From Deltaproteobacteria bacterium (GTDB lineage Bacteria > Desulfobacterota > GWC2-55-46), in assembly GCA_016219025.1 (NCBI GenBank), contig JACRCM010000100.1, positions 1-62,939 of the forward strand: 62,939 bases of DNA, read 5' to 3'. The position numbers and the translations under genes are program-made. Below, piece by piece: positions 1 through 8,400 of the stretch. Under the pieces are notes generated by a model. The model was not told the DNA's origin, ran no database searches, and saw only the letters and a list, made by a program, of their open reading frames with translations. The first letter of the stretch is position 1. Each line of letters starts with the position of its first letter.

Positions 1-140
1 CATGGAAGGACTCAACAACAAAATACGGGTAATACAACGACGGGCATATGGCATTAAGGATAAAGAATATCTACGCCTCAAATGCCTCACATCCTTTATC
101 CCTGACGCCTAAATTCACCCACAGAAAACCCGGAAGAACC
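1..140 (+). mobile_element. 3' end of an ISL3-family insertion sequence. The transposase C-terminal fragment is cut by the window edge (frame from nt 2, stop TAA at 110-112). Putative right terminal repeat runs to about 140.
   Basis: Translation of 2-112 is MEGLNNKIRVIQRRAYGIKDKEYLRLKCLTSFIPDA*. This matches the conserved ISL3 transposase C-terminus (EGxNNKIKxIKRxAYGxxD). The downstream ...CACCCACAGAAAACCCGGAAGAACC resembles GAAGAGCC-type ISL3 ends; that resemblance is recalled, not verified. Confidence 0.6.
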
Positions 141-147
141 ATATTAT

Positions 148-261
148 GGAACCTCTGATTTATTACATAGCCGTCATTGCGCAGCGAAGCGATTTACAAA
201 TAGAGCTACTTTGTAAATCGCGCTCCTCGCAATGACAAAAACAAAATAAATCGGAGCTTCC
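148..261. repeat. MITE-like inverted-repeat element, copy a (family with GGAACCTCTGATTTATT / AATAAATC(A/G)GAGCTTCC termini)
   Basis: Terminal inverted repeats are GGAACCTCTGATTTATT (148-164) and AATAAATCGGAGCTTCC (245-261). Internal nested palindromes are GTCATTGCG...CGCAATGAC and GATTTACAAA...TTTGTAAATC. Related copies lie at 36173-36313 and 62435-62610. Confidence 0.7.
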
Positions 262-413
262 TTATTTATCCTTCCCTCGCTCCAGCGTGGGTCCGCATAG
301 AACTACTTTGTAAATACCCGGACGCTCCGGCGTCCCGTATCAACCGCGCACCGGAGCCGGTTAGATTAGCCCTTCACAACCCAATCCGCCCCTGCCCCCG
401 CGCGAAAGCCCCC

Positions 414-896
414 CTACTCCGCCGCCTCTATCGTGAAATCCCTTGTGCCGGTTGTGTTGATGTAGGAGTAGGTGGACGCCTCTTTCATGTTGACGATGGT
501 GCCGGTGGAGGTGTCCTTGATGGTCACGGTTCCGGCGTCCCTCAACTCTTCGGGCTTCCATCTGAGGACTACGGGCTTGTTCTTTATTGCGGAGGTTATG
601 CGGACGTCCCACGACTTCGTCCCGCCGTGGAAGCCCTTTATGTCGCGCCAGAGGGTGTCGGAGCCCTCGGCGAAGTACGCCTGTATGTCGCCGCCCAGCA
701 TGGCGGGCACGTCGAGTCTGGCGTCAAGGCCGTCCCTGGCGTCGGCCCTCTGGCCGAATACGAGCTTGTTTTCGGCGGTCGAGATGGTTGCCGTCATGGA
801 CGCCTCCCATCCCGGCACGGCATGAGCGATGGACGCGCCGAACGCGGCGGCCAGCAGGCTTATCATAAGGCAGGCGTATATCTTATTCGTCCACAT
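414..896 (-). CDS. Small secreted protein of unknown function (160 aa), last gene of the surface-protein cluster
   Basis: ORF with signal-peptide-like N-terminus MWTNKIYACLMISLLAAAFGASIAHA. It is co-directional with, and 130 nt downstream of, the cohesin protein gene. No motif recognised. Confidence 0.6.
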   Translation of the reverse strand: MWTNKIYACLMISLLAAAFGASIAHAVPGWEASMTATISTAENKLVFGQRADARDGLDARLDVPAMLGGDIQAYFAEGSDTLWRDIKGFHGGTKSWDVRITSAIKNKPVVLRWKPEELRDAGTVTIKDTSTGTIVNMKEASTYSYINTTGTRDFTIEAAE

Positions 897-961
897 GGTT
901 GCACCTGTTTGAGGCGGTTGATTATCGCAGCCCCGGTTTTTATTCGGTGAACTGATAACCT

Positions 962-1012
962 GTTCGCAATGGCAGAAAATACCTCTTTTTCAGGGCTCTC
1001 ACTTTGTAAGTC
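962..1012. repeat. Fragment of a MITE module (reverse-complement homologue of 55569-55619)
   Basis: CGCAATGGCAGAAAATACCTCTTTTTCAGGGCTCTCACTTTGTAAGTCCCG aligns with the reverse complement of CGCGATTTACAAAGTGAGACCCCTGAAAAAGGGGTATTTTCCGTCATTGC at 55569-55619. Confidence 0.55.
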
Positions 1013-1026
1013 CCGGCAACTATAAA

Positions 1027-3279
1027 TCACGGCCTCGGCATTATGAGCGTATACGTGTCGTCGGCCTTGTTGAGATAGAGCCAGTATCCGAGCCACGGCG
1101 CGAGCGTGGCCTCGGGGTTGCCGCCCGCGGCCTCGAACGTGTAGGTGTTGCCCCAATCCGTGCCCCTGTAGTAGTAGATCGCGTTCACCACCCAGCCGCT
1201 GGCCGCGGCGTCGAGCCACGTGACCGGCGCGGCGGCGCCCTTCTGCACGGCCGCGTTGCGCAGCGTTACGTTCCCCGCATAGGGGTTGGCTATGAGGTTC
1301 CAACCGGCGCGCAGCGTCACCGCGTAATCGGCGGAGAGCACGTCGGCATACGCGCCGAGCTCCGGCACGGTCAGCTTGCCGACCGCCTTCCTCGTGTAGT
1401 AGCCATCCCCGGGGACTACCGGGTTGTTCGTGTCCACGAGCACGTAACTGCCCTTGTTGGCGTTATCGAGCGTGCCTGACGAGAGCCATTTATACGTCTG
1501 GGTCGAACCGAACGCGGCGACCCCGTCGAGACGCGCCGCGCTGATATCCCTTGGCACTGAGAGCAGGTTGTAGCCGTTGAGGAACTGGATGGACGGGCCT
1601 TTCTGGTCGCCCGTGGCCGGGTACCTGAGCACCGTGCCGTCCGCGAGCTTTACCTCGAAGTAATACTTATGGTACTGGGAAGGCCCAAGATGGGTCGGAT
1701 ATGAACAAGACGCCCCGGCGGCCCATGAGCCCGCGCAGTTGAGGTTGACGGCATAGTAGTCCGTTGTCTGAGGCGCGCCCCTGCCGGTCATGTAGAGCCT
1801 TGCATACTGCGGCTGCGCCCCTGCCGGGTCTTTCACTATCATGCCGAAGTTGAAGGCCAGATCGACCCTTGGCTTGCCGGTCGCGGTGTCGAGGTTGTCC
1901 GCGTCGCTCCCGCCGTCCTCGCGCATTATGCCCGGCGTCCCGGTGTCGTCCGACGCGACGGAGAGGCCGTTCGGCGCGGTCGGCGTCACGTAGACGGCGG
2001 TCGCGCCGATGGAGACGTTGCCAGCGTTGTCAAGCGCGCATACGCGGTAGGCGTAAGGCACGCCGTTCAATACGGACTTATGCACGAAGGACGAGCCTAT
2101 GCCGGTGTATAGCGCCGTCCCGGAGGCGCATGAGACCGGGGCCGCGCCCTCGGCGTAGACGAGTTTGAAGAGGTTGAGCCCGCTGCCCGCGTCGCTGAAT
2201 CCGTCCCACGCCAGGCTGTTTACGGCGTTCGCGGCCACGGCGCTGAGCGTCCCGTCAACCGGCGCTGTCGCGTCGAGGGCAATAGTGTCGCTTGCGGTCA
2301 GTGAGACGTTGAGGGCCGCGTCCCTGAACTGCGCGTATACGGTCTTTGCCCCGTCACCCGGGGCAAGCTGCCACGCGGCGGACGCATTATACGCCTGCCA
2401 CGCGGCCCACGCCGCGTTGTCGTTGCTGAACCTCATCTCGGCGACTGCCCTGTTGTCCGTGGCCGCGGGCGCAAGCGTCACCGTCGTCGAGTTGGCGTAT
2501 GCGCCGTTATTATTTATGACGACCGTGCCGGTGGGCGGAACCGCGTCGGGCACGTCGAAGTTCGCCGTGACCGCCGCATCAGCGGTCATGGCGGCGACGC
2601 ACGGCCCGGTGCCCGCGCATGACGGGACAGACCACCCGATGAACTGCATGCCCGCGTCGGCAACCGCGGTCAGCGTCACCTGCACGCCGTCGTAGAACTG
2701 CGCCGAGCACGTCGTGCCGCAGTCGATGCCAACCGGCGAAGACGTCACAACGCCCGTGCCCGCGCCGCTTGGAACGACGGTCAAGGTATATCTGGCCACG
2801 ACCCCGCCCACGACCGTGGCGTTGACGACGGCCGAGGGTATCTCGGTCCCTCCTACCATGCCGAGTATCACGCCGCTGAGCGTGATGTCTGAGATGCCCG
2901 CGGCCTTGACGTAGAAGTTGACGGTGGCGATGGTGAGCGGCGCGCCGCTAAGCGGCGGGTTGTTGAGGACGAACGCCGCGGCCTGACCCGCGCCGGTGGC
3001 GTTGTCGTAGACCGCCTTTATGGTCTGGTCGAAGCCCGCGTTGACGGTTATCGTCCGCACGTCGAGCACCGCCTGATTATAGTTGAACGCGAACTGGTAC
3101 CCGCCGAGGTTCGCCACGTTATCGACGACTATATCTACGCCGATGACGTCTCCGGGGTTAGCGGATGCCGCGGACGGCATAACCTGCACCTGCGCGGCAC
3201 CTGCGCCATTTGCAAAGGCGGCCACAAGGCCCATGAAGGCGATAACCGTTATTATGAAGAGTCTCTTAATCTGTCTCAT
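1027..3279 (-). CDS. Secreted cohesin-domain protein (750 aa). Order: N-terminal cohesin, InlB-B-repeat/Ig-like module, FN3/chitobiase-like modules, then two C-terminal G(W/Y)NL...GxGY(W/Y) modules.
   Basis: Signal-like MRQIKRLFIITVIAFMGLVAAFANGAGA. The cohesin-like stretch is VMPSAASANPGDVIGVDIVVDNVANLGGYQFAFNYNQAVLDV...ATVNFYVKAAGISDITLSGV. YTLTVVPSGAGTGVVTSSPVGIDCGTTCSAQFYDGVQVTLTAVADAGMQFIGWS is typical of InlB B-repeat-type modules. Confidence 0.8.
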   Translation of the reverse strand: MRQIKRLFIITVIAFMGLVAAFANGAGAAQVQVMPSAASANPGDVIGVDIVVDNVANLGGYQFAFNYNQAVLDVRTITVNAGFDQTIKAVYDNATGAGQAAAFVLNNPPLSGAPLTIATVNFYVKAAGISDITLSGVILGMVGGTEIPSAVVNATVVGGVVARYTLTVVPSGAGTGVVTSSPVGIDCGTTCSAQFYDGVQVTLTAVADAGMQFIGWSVPSCAGTGPCVAAMTADAAVTANFDVPDAVPPTGTVVINNNGAYANSTTVTLAPAATDNRAVAEMRFSNDNAAWAAWQAYNASAAWQLAPGDGAKTVYAQFRDAALNVSLTASDTIALDATAPVDGTLSAVAANAVNSLAWDGFSDAGSGLNLFKLVYAEGAAPVSCASGTALYTGIGSSFVHKSVLNGVPYAYRVCALDNAGNVSIGATAVYVTPTAPNGLSVASDDTGTPGIMREDGGSDADNLDTATGKPRVDLAFNFGMIVKDPAGAQPQYARLYMTGRGAPQTTDYYAVNLNCAGSWAAGASCSYPTHLGPSQYHKYYFEVKLADGTVLRYPATGDQKGPSIQFLNGYNLLSVPRDISAARLDGVAAFGSTQTYKWLSSGTLDNANKGSYVLVDTNNPVVPGDGYYTRKAVGKLTVPELGAYADVLSADYAVTLRAGWNLIANPYAGNVTLRNAAVQKGAAAPVTWLDAAASGWVVNAIYYYRGTDWGNTYTFEAAGGNPEATLAPWLGYWLYLNKADDTYTLIMPRP

Positions 3280-3440
3280 ATATTCCCCGATTCGCGGACA
3301 ACCTCGAATCTGCGCGCCGCCCCCGACCCCCCCGCGTTACGCCGCGTCCCATGCGGATGATAGGCACGGCCCACCCCGCGTTGCTGTCTCATACATTTCC
3401 CGATTATCAGTGGGCGCAACCCGCCTGCAATACTAACTCC

Positions 3441-3485
3441 CCCCCTTGTATAATATCCCTTACTAAGGGATATTATACAAGGGGG
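3441..3485. repeat. 45-nt near-perfect palindrome
   Basis: CCCCCTTGTATAATATCCCTTA-C-TAAGGGATATTATACAAGGGGG has two 22-nt arms that are exact reverse complements. Confidence 0.9.
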
Positions 3486-3541
3486 AATCCTTCCCATGCC
3501 CCCTTATCCCGCATATGGCCGCTGGCTGGAATAGTGTCTTT

Positions 3542-3599
3542 CCCCTCCCCTTTTTTAAGGTGAGGCGGCCTTTTGCCTCACCTTAAACAAGGGGAGGGG
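3542..3599. repeat. Nested inverted repeat (outer CCCCTCCCC/GGGGAGGGG, inner TTAAGGTGAGGC/GCCTCACCTTAA)
   Basis: Read directly: CCCCTCCCCTTTTTTAAGGTGAGGCGGCCTTTTGCCTCACCTTAAACAAGGGGAGGGG. No U-run follows on either strand, so it is not a classical terminator. Confidence 0.85.
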
Positions 3600-3730
3600 G
3601 GAGGAGTTATCCTTTTACAGTAAATACCGGTGGGCACAGCCCACCCTACGAAACTGCAAGACTCAGTCTACCTTATAATAACTCTACCAGAAATCTCCGG
3701 CCCGACGCTATTTTTAAAATATAGACACCA

Positions 3731-3769
3731 CTCCCCTCCCCCGCCCCTCCCCCTCCCCTCCCCTCCCCC
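3731..3769 (-). repeat. C-rich tract on the plus strand, giving seven G4-5 runs on the minus (transcribed) strand. Potential G-quadruplex / i-motif.
   Basis: CTCCCCTCCCCCGCCCCTCCCCCTCCCCTCCCCTCCCCC lies 50 nt downstream of the stop of the Gly-rich protein gene. Confidence 0.7.
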
Positions 3770-3818
3770 GTCTACAATCGACGGGAGAGAGGCCAGTGAG
3801 AGCATATCAGACTACGCC

Positions 3819-5384
3819 TCAGTTCACGCCCGTCTTTGCCGGGTATTCCTTGCCCGAGGCGGTTATATATGTGACCTTAGTTCCTTTCTTGCCCATCTCC
3901 GTCTCCACCCTGACCTTTGCCACGCGCTCGCCGTTGAAGGTCGGCAGGTTCATGGCGATGAGCTGGGTCACGGTGTATGTGGCCGAGGCGATGAGCACGT
4001 TGTTGCCGTCGCCCAACGTCACTGACGCCGTCGCGGTCGTCGCCGCATCCGACAAGCCGTCGAGCGCGGTGGTAAGCGTGGACGTAGCGTTGGCGCCCGA
4101 CGGGACCGTCCTTACCGTCACCGTCGTGCCCCTCGGTATGTTGACGCCGGCGACCTCGACGGTTACGGGCATCGCCGTGCCCTGCGGGAGCGTCACGTCA
4201 GCCGAGCCGGTCGGGTTGGCCGGGACCGCCACGCCCGCGACCTTCGATATTACGAGCGAAGGGGTATTCGGCACGGACAACGGCCCAGGAAGGCCGAAGG
4301 AATAACCCGGGTCCGTATAGCCCGACCAGTTGGTGTTGTTGGCCTCGATGCGTATCCAGCCGTACCCGCCGTATCCGCCGTTATTCCAGCCGTCCTGGTC
4401 GTTGTAGCCGCCGCCGCCGCGCCTTGCATAGAGTCTGGAGTCCATCCACCAGCCGCGTGTGTCCCACCAGTAGTTGCCGTCCCTCCAGACCGACTCTGAC
4501 ACCAGCCTTATGGAACCGGCTGCCCCGCCGCCGCCTGCGCCGCCGGCGCCTTGGCCATAATCATACCCGCCCCTGCCACCGTCGGCGTTTATATGCCCCT
4601 GCACGGTGATGGAGGTCGAGGAGGCGATGAGTACCGCTCCTCCTCCTCCTCCGCCGCCGCAGCCATTGAAGCTGGAGCCTGCCGTACCGCCGCCGCCGCC
4701 TGAGCCACCTACAAGGGGCAGAAGCGATGCCTGGCCATAAGAGACGCCGCCTGGTATGGCGTCAGCCCATGTGCAACCCCAGCCTGCGAACGCGCAAGAT
4801 CCGGCCTCCTGGGAGCCGCCGCCGCTGCCGCCGCCCGTTCTGCCATAGAGCGGCCATTGGTTGGACGGATATTGATAGCCGCCCTGTCCGCCGCCGGGCC
4901 CATGCCCCGGACTTCCGTGCGCGCCGTAGCTCCCGCCGAAGTTTGCGGACATGCCACCGAATCCGCCGTCAAACCCGCCGGGCCCGCCCTTGCCGGGCTG
5001 GCCGTCGTCCCCGAGCTTGCCGTCGCCGTACGTGCCGCAGTCTTTGGCGGCGTCGCCCAAGACGTCGAGATATCCCCTTATGGCCACGTCCCCGCTCGTC
5101 CTTATCACGACCGGCGTGTTGGCCGCGTTCTTCGTGAACGTCACAGTGACCTGCTGAGGCACAGTGAAGGTCGTATAGTCGAGTATCCCGTCCGGCGGCA
5201 GTTGAATGACCGTATCGACCGTCGGAGAGAACGCGCCGAGGCAAGTCGGCCCTGACGGGCAGACGCTGCCGCTGTCAAAGACCGCCTGCGCCTGTCCGGC
5301 GGACAATATCGTGGCCGCCGCTATCGCGGCCGCCGGGACCAACCCGGCCCGCCACGGCCTCCATCTTCCATTTATTATCTTCAT
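3819..5384 (-). CDS. Secreted glycine-rich (beta-solenoid-like) protein, 521 aa from the ATG at 5384
   Basis: The ORF track gives 3819-5453. I prefer the internal ATG at 5384, which is preceded by AAGGAGG and followed by MKIINGRWRPWRAGLVPAAAIAAATILSAGQAQA. The core has repeated GGSGGGGG / GGGGGGGAVLIAS..I.V.G.I.ADGG.GG units. The C-terminus is Ig-like (VTLPQGTAMPVTVEVAGVNIPRGTTVTVRT). Confidence 0.75.
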   Translation of the reverse strand: MKIINGRWRPWRAGLVPAAAIAAATILSAGQAQAVFDSGSVCPSGPTCLGAFSPTVDTVIQLPPDGILDYTTFTVPQQVTVTFTKNAANTPVVIRTSGDVAIRGYLDVLGDAAKDCGTYGDGKLGDDGQPGKGGPGGFDGGFGGMSANFGGSYGAHGSPGHGPGGGQGGYQYPSNQWPLYGRTGGGSGGGSQEAGSCAFAGWGCTWADAIPGGVSYGQASLLPLVGGSGGGGGTAGSSFNGCGGGGGGGAVLIASSTSITVQGHINADGGRGGYDYGQGAGGAGGGGAAGSIRLVSESVWRDGNYWWDTRGWWMDSRLYARRGGGGYNDQDGWNNGGYGGYGWIRIEANNTNWSGYTDPGYSFGLPGPLSVPNTPSLVISKVAGVAVPANPTGSADVTLPQGTAMPVTVEVAGVNIPRGTTVTVRTVPSGANATSTLTTALDGLSDAATTATASVTLGDGNNVLIASATYTVTQLIAMNLPTFNGERVAKVRVETEMGKKGTKVTYITASGKEYPAKTGVN

Positions 5385-5484
5385 CGAATCCTCCTTGGTA
5401 TTGCTCATTAAACAGGCGATGCCTCGCGGCCCTGCCGCCCTTATGAAGGGCACAGCCTAACCTGCGCCCTCTCCGCGGCCCCGG

Positions 5485-8400
5485 TCATGCCCAAAAATCA
5501 GGCGGCCCTCTGCGGAAGGCCGCGTTGCGCCATACGGATGTCTGGCCGGAGACGTAGAGCGGCTCATGCGTCATACGGTTGAAGACGCGCGGCGCATCAG
5601 TCGCCGTCAGACTGGTCAAGACCACGCCGCCGCCCCTCTTCCCGGAGTCTTTATAGCCGCTCCCGGACATGGCGGTAAGCGCCCGCTCGATGCCCCGCAT
5701 CGACCACGGGACTGACGGCAGGGGGCCTTTATCCGCGATAGACGCGGCGGCCATCATCACGTCCGGCGTGAGCCTGCCCGCATCCAGCGGGCATAAGGCG
5801 GCGTCAACGAGTTGAGCGGCCAGCGCCAGGGGCCCGGTGCCCATCAAACCTTCCGCCTTGTCCGCCCCATTGCCTGCGCCGGCCATTATCATGCCGTTGG
5901 ACGCGACCGGCCTGTAGACGGTAAAGGTATTCGCGGCGGAGGCGGCCGTATCGGAACGGCCGTAGATGGTCGATATGACAACCACCCTGTCGCCGCCGGT
6001 CGCAAAGCCGTCGATATGCACCTGCACGGCCGCCTGCGTGCCCGCCGCATTGACGGTTATGGTGGAACTTACGTTCATGCCGTCAGGCGGGATGAACGAG
6101 ACCGCCGTCGCGTCGTTGAGCGCCGTCCCGTTTATGGTCAGCGTGAAGGTGGAGCCAGCGGCGCTGATTATCGGCTGTACGGATATTATCGAAGGCGCGG
6201 GCCCGCCGTATATGACGTTGGCGAACGGCGCCGCCGGCACCCTGAACCCGCCCATCGGGATATTGACGCTGTAGGTCTGCGTATTCACGGCCTCAATGTT
6301 GCCGGCCGCGTCTACCGCGAAGTAGTTGAGCGTGGCGCTCGCCAATACGTTTATCGGCCCGGCATAGACCGCCGACGCGGGCGTGGGCGTTGAGCCGTCG
6401 GTCGTGTAGTATATCGTCGCGGGTTCGTCGGCAGTAAGCGCGACCCTCTGGGGCGCGGCGTATGCGCCGCCAGCCGGAGAGGCCGTTGTGACCGGCGGCG
6501 TCGTGTCAAGCACGACTCTCCTTATCCGCGCCTCATACTTCGACATGACGTCAAGGCCGCCCGCGCGCATGAACGTCGCCGGGCCGTCCCCATCGCCGCT
6601 ATAGAGCGCGGCCTGAACTGAACCGTCAACAACGTCCCTGCGTCCGTTGTCTGCGCTTGCAACTGCCCACGGCAGGGCGGCAAGGCCGATCGCATAAGTC
6701 TCGGTCTTGACCGTCTCGGCGTTACCAACTGCATCCACCGCATAGAACTTCAAAGTGGCGCTGGAGGCGATTGAAATCGGCGCGGAATAGACCGCCGTGG
6801 TGCCCGCGCCCGCGCAGGAAAGGGTTATGGTCTGCCCGGCGGCCTCAGCGGACGCGGTCGCTGTAAAGACCTGACCGGACGGAGAGCATGTCCACGCGGC
6901 GGCATAATCCTTCGCGCACCCGACGGCCGGGTCTCCGATTGAGCCGGTTGTAATATAATAACTGCACGTCGTCAATCCGTCGCAAGTGGAGGATAGATGC
7001 GGCGTTACGTTCCCCGTGCCCGTGCCGCAGTTGGCCCCGTACGTGCCGGACTGGACGGCGATCGTCCCATCCCCCGTGGTATTCGGCGTGCTGCCGTCCG
7101 TCGTGTAGTAAATCGCCGCCGGCTCGTTCGCCGTAAGCGTCACGGCCTGTGCCGCGCCGTAAGCCCCGCCGACCGGGGATGCAGTCGTCGTAGGCGGCGT
7201 TACGTCCACAACGAGCGCTATGCTGTGGTCTCCGCCCGCGCCCACGACGCCTCCGGCGGCGGTTATGCCGCTCACCTGCACGGCGCTCCACCTGTCGATG
7301 GTCGTCCCGTCGCCGAGTTCGCCGTCAGAGTTATAACCCCACGCCAGTATCGTGCCGTCGTTTTTGAGCGTAAGCGAATGGTCCCAGCCCATCGCCACGC
7401 TTATAATCCCTGAGACGCCAGCGGGTTGGACAGTCACCGGGCTGCCGGTATTGGTGCCGTTGCCAAGGTCGCCGTTCCATGACGCGCCCCATGTTCTGAC
7501 CGTGCCGTCGCCAAGGAGTGCGATGCTGTTCGGGTCGTCGCCGCTCGCAAGGGCCACAACGCCGGAGAGGTTGTTCACGACCACGGGCACGAGGCTGTTG
7601 GCATACGTGCCGTCGCCGAGTTGTCCGTTGTTATTACTGCCCCATGCCCTGACCGTGCCGTCGGACATGAGCGCGAGCGAGTGGTTCCACGACGCCGTGA
7701 CCCCGGCAACGCCGGAGAGGTTCGGCACGCGCACCGGCGCGTATCTGGTCGTATTCGTCCCGTCGCCGAGCTGGCCGTAGTTGTTATAGCCCCATGCCCA
7801 TACCGTGCCGTCGCCCCTGAGGGACATAGAATACTCCCAGCCGCCCGATATGGCAACCACGTTGGAGAGACCGAGCACCTGCACCGGCGCAGACCTGTTT
7901 ATATTTGTCCCGTCGCCCAGTTGGCCGTAGTTGTTATAGCCCCACGCCCAGACCGTGCCGTCGTTCCTGAGCGCGAGCGTATGATTGCCGCCCGTTGCAA
8001 CGGCTATCACTCCGGTAAGGCCGCTCGCCTGAACCGGCGTCAGACTGCTCGCCGTGGTCCCATTGCCAAGTTGACCGTATCCGTTATCCCCCCACGACCA
8101 GACCGTGCCGTCATTCCTCAAAACAGCCGTATGGTCGCTCCCGCCGTCAGCCTGCGTCGCGCCGGAGAACCCTATGTTAACCGGCGTGGACGCGCTATTG
8201 TAGGTGCCGTCCCCAAGCTGTCCGCTCCAGTTCGCGCCCCATGTCATAACCGACCTGCCGATAAAGGCGAGGTTCGTGGACTGCGCCGCGCTCGCGTTAC
8301 CAGCAAGATCAACGGCTATGAACCTGAGCGTGGCATCCGCCGCCACGTAGACAGGAACGCCCTGAACCACGGACAACGAGGAGGCCGAAGGCGCACTGGC

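Noticed and set aside
3630-4305. Plus-strand ORFs of 131 and 169 aa starting in the palindrome/C-rich gap
   Set aside because: They run through the poly-C tract (giving poly-Pro/Ser) and then antisense into the Gly-rich protein gene. They have no RBS.
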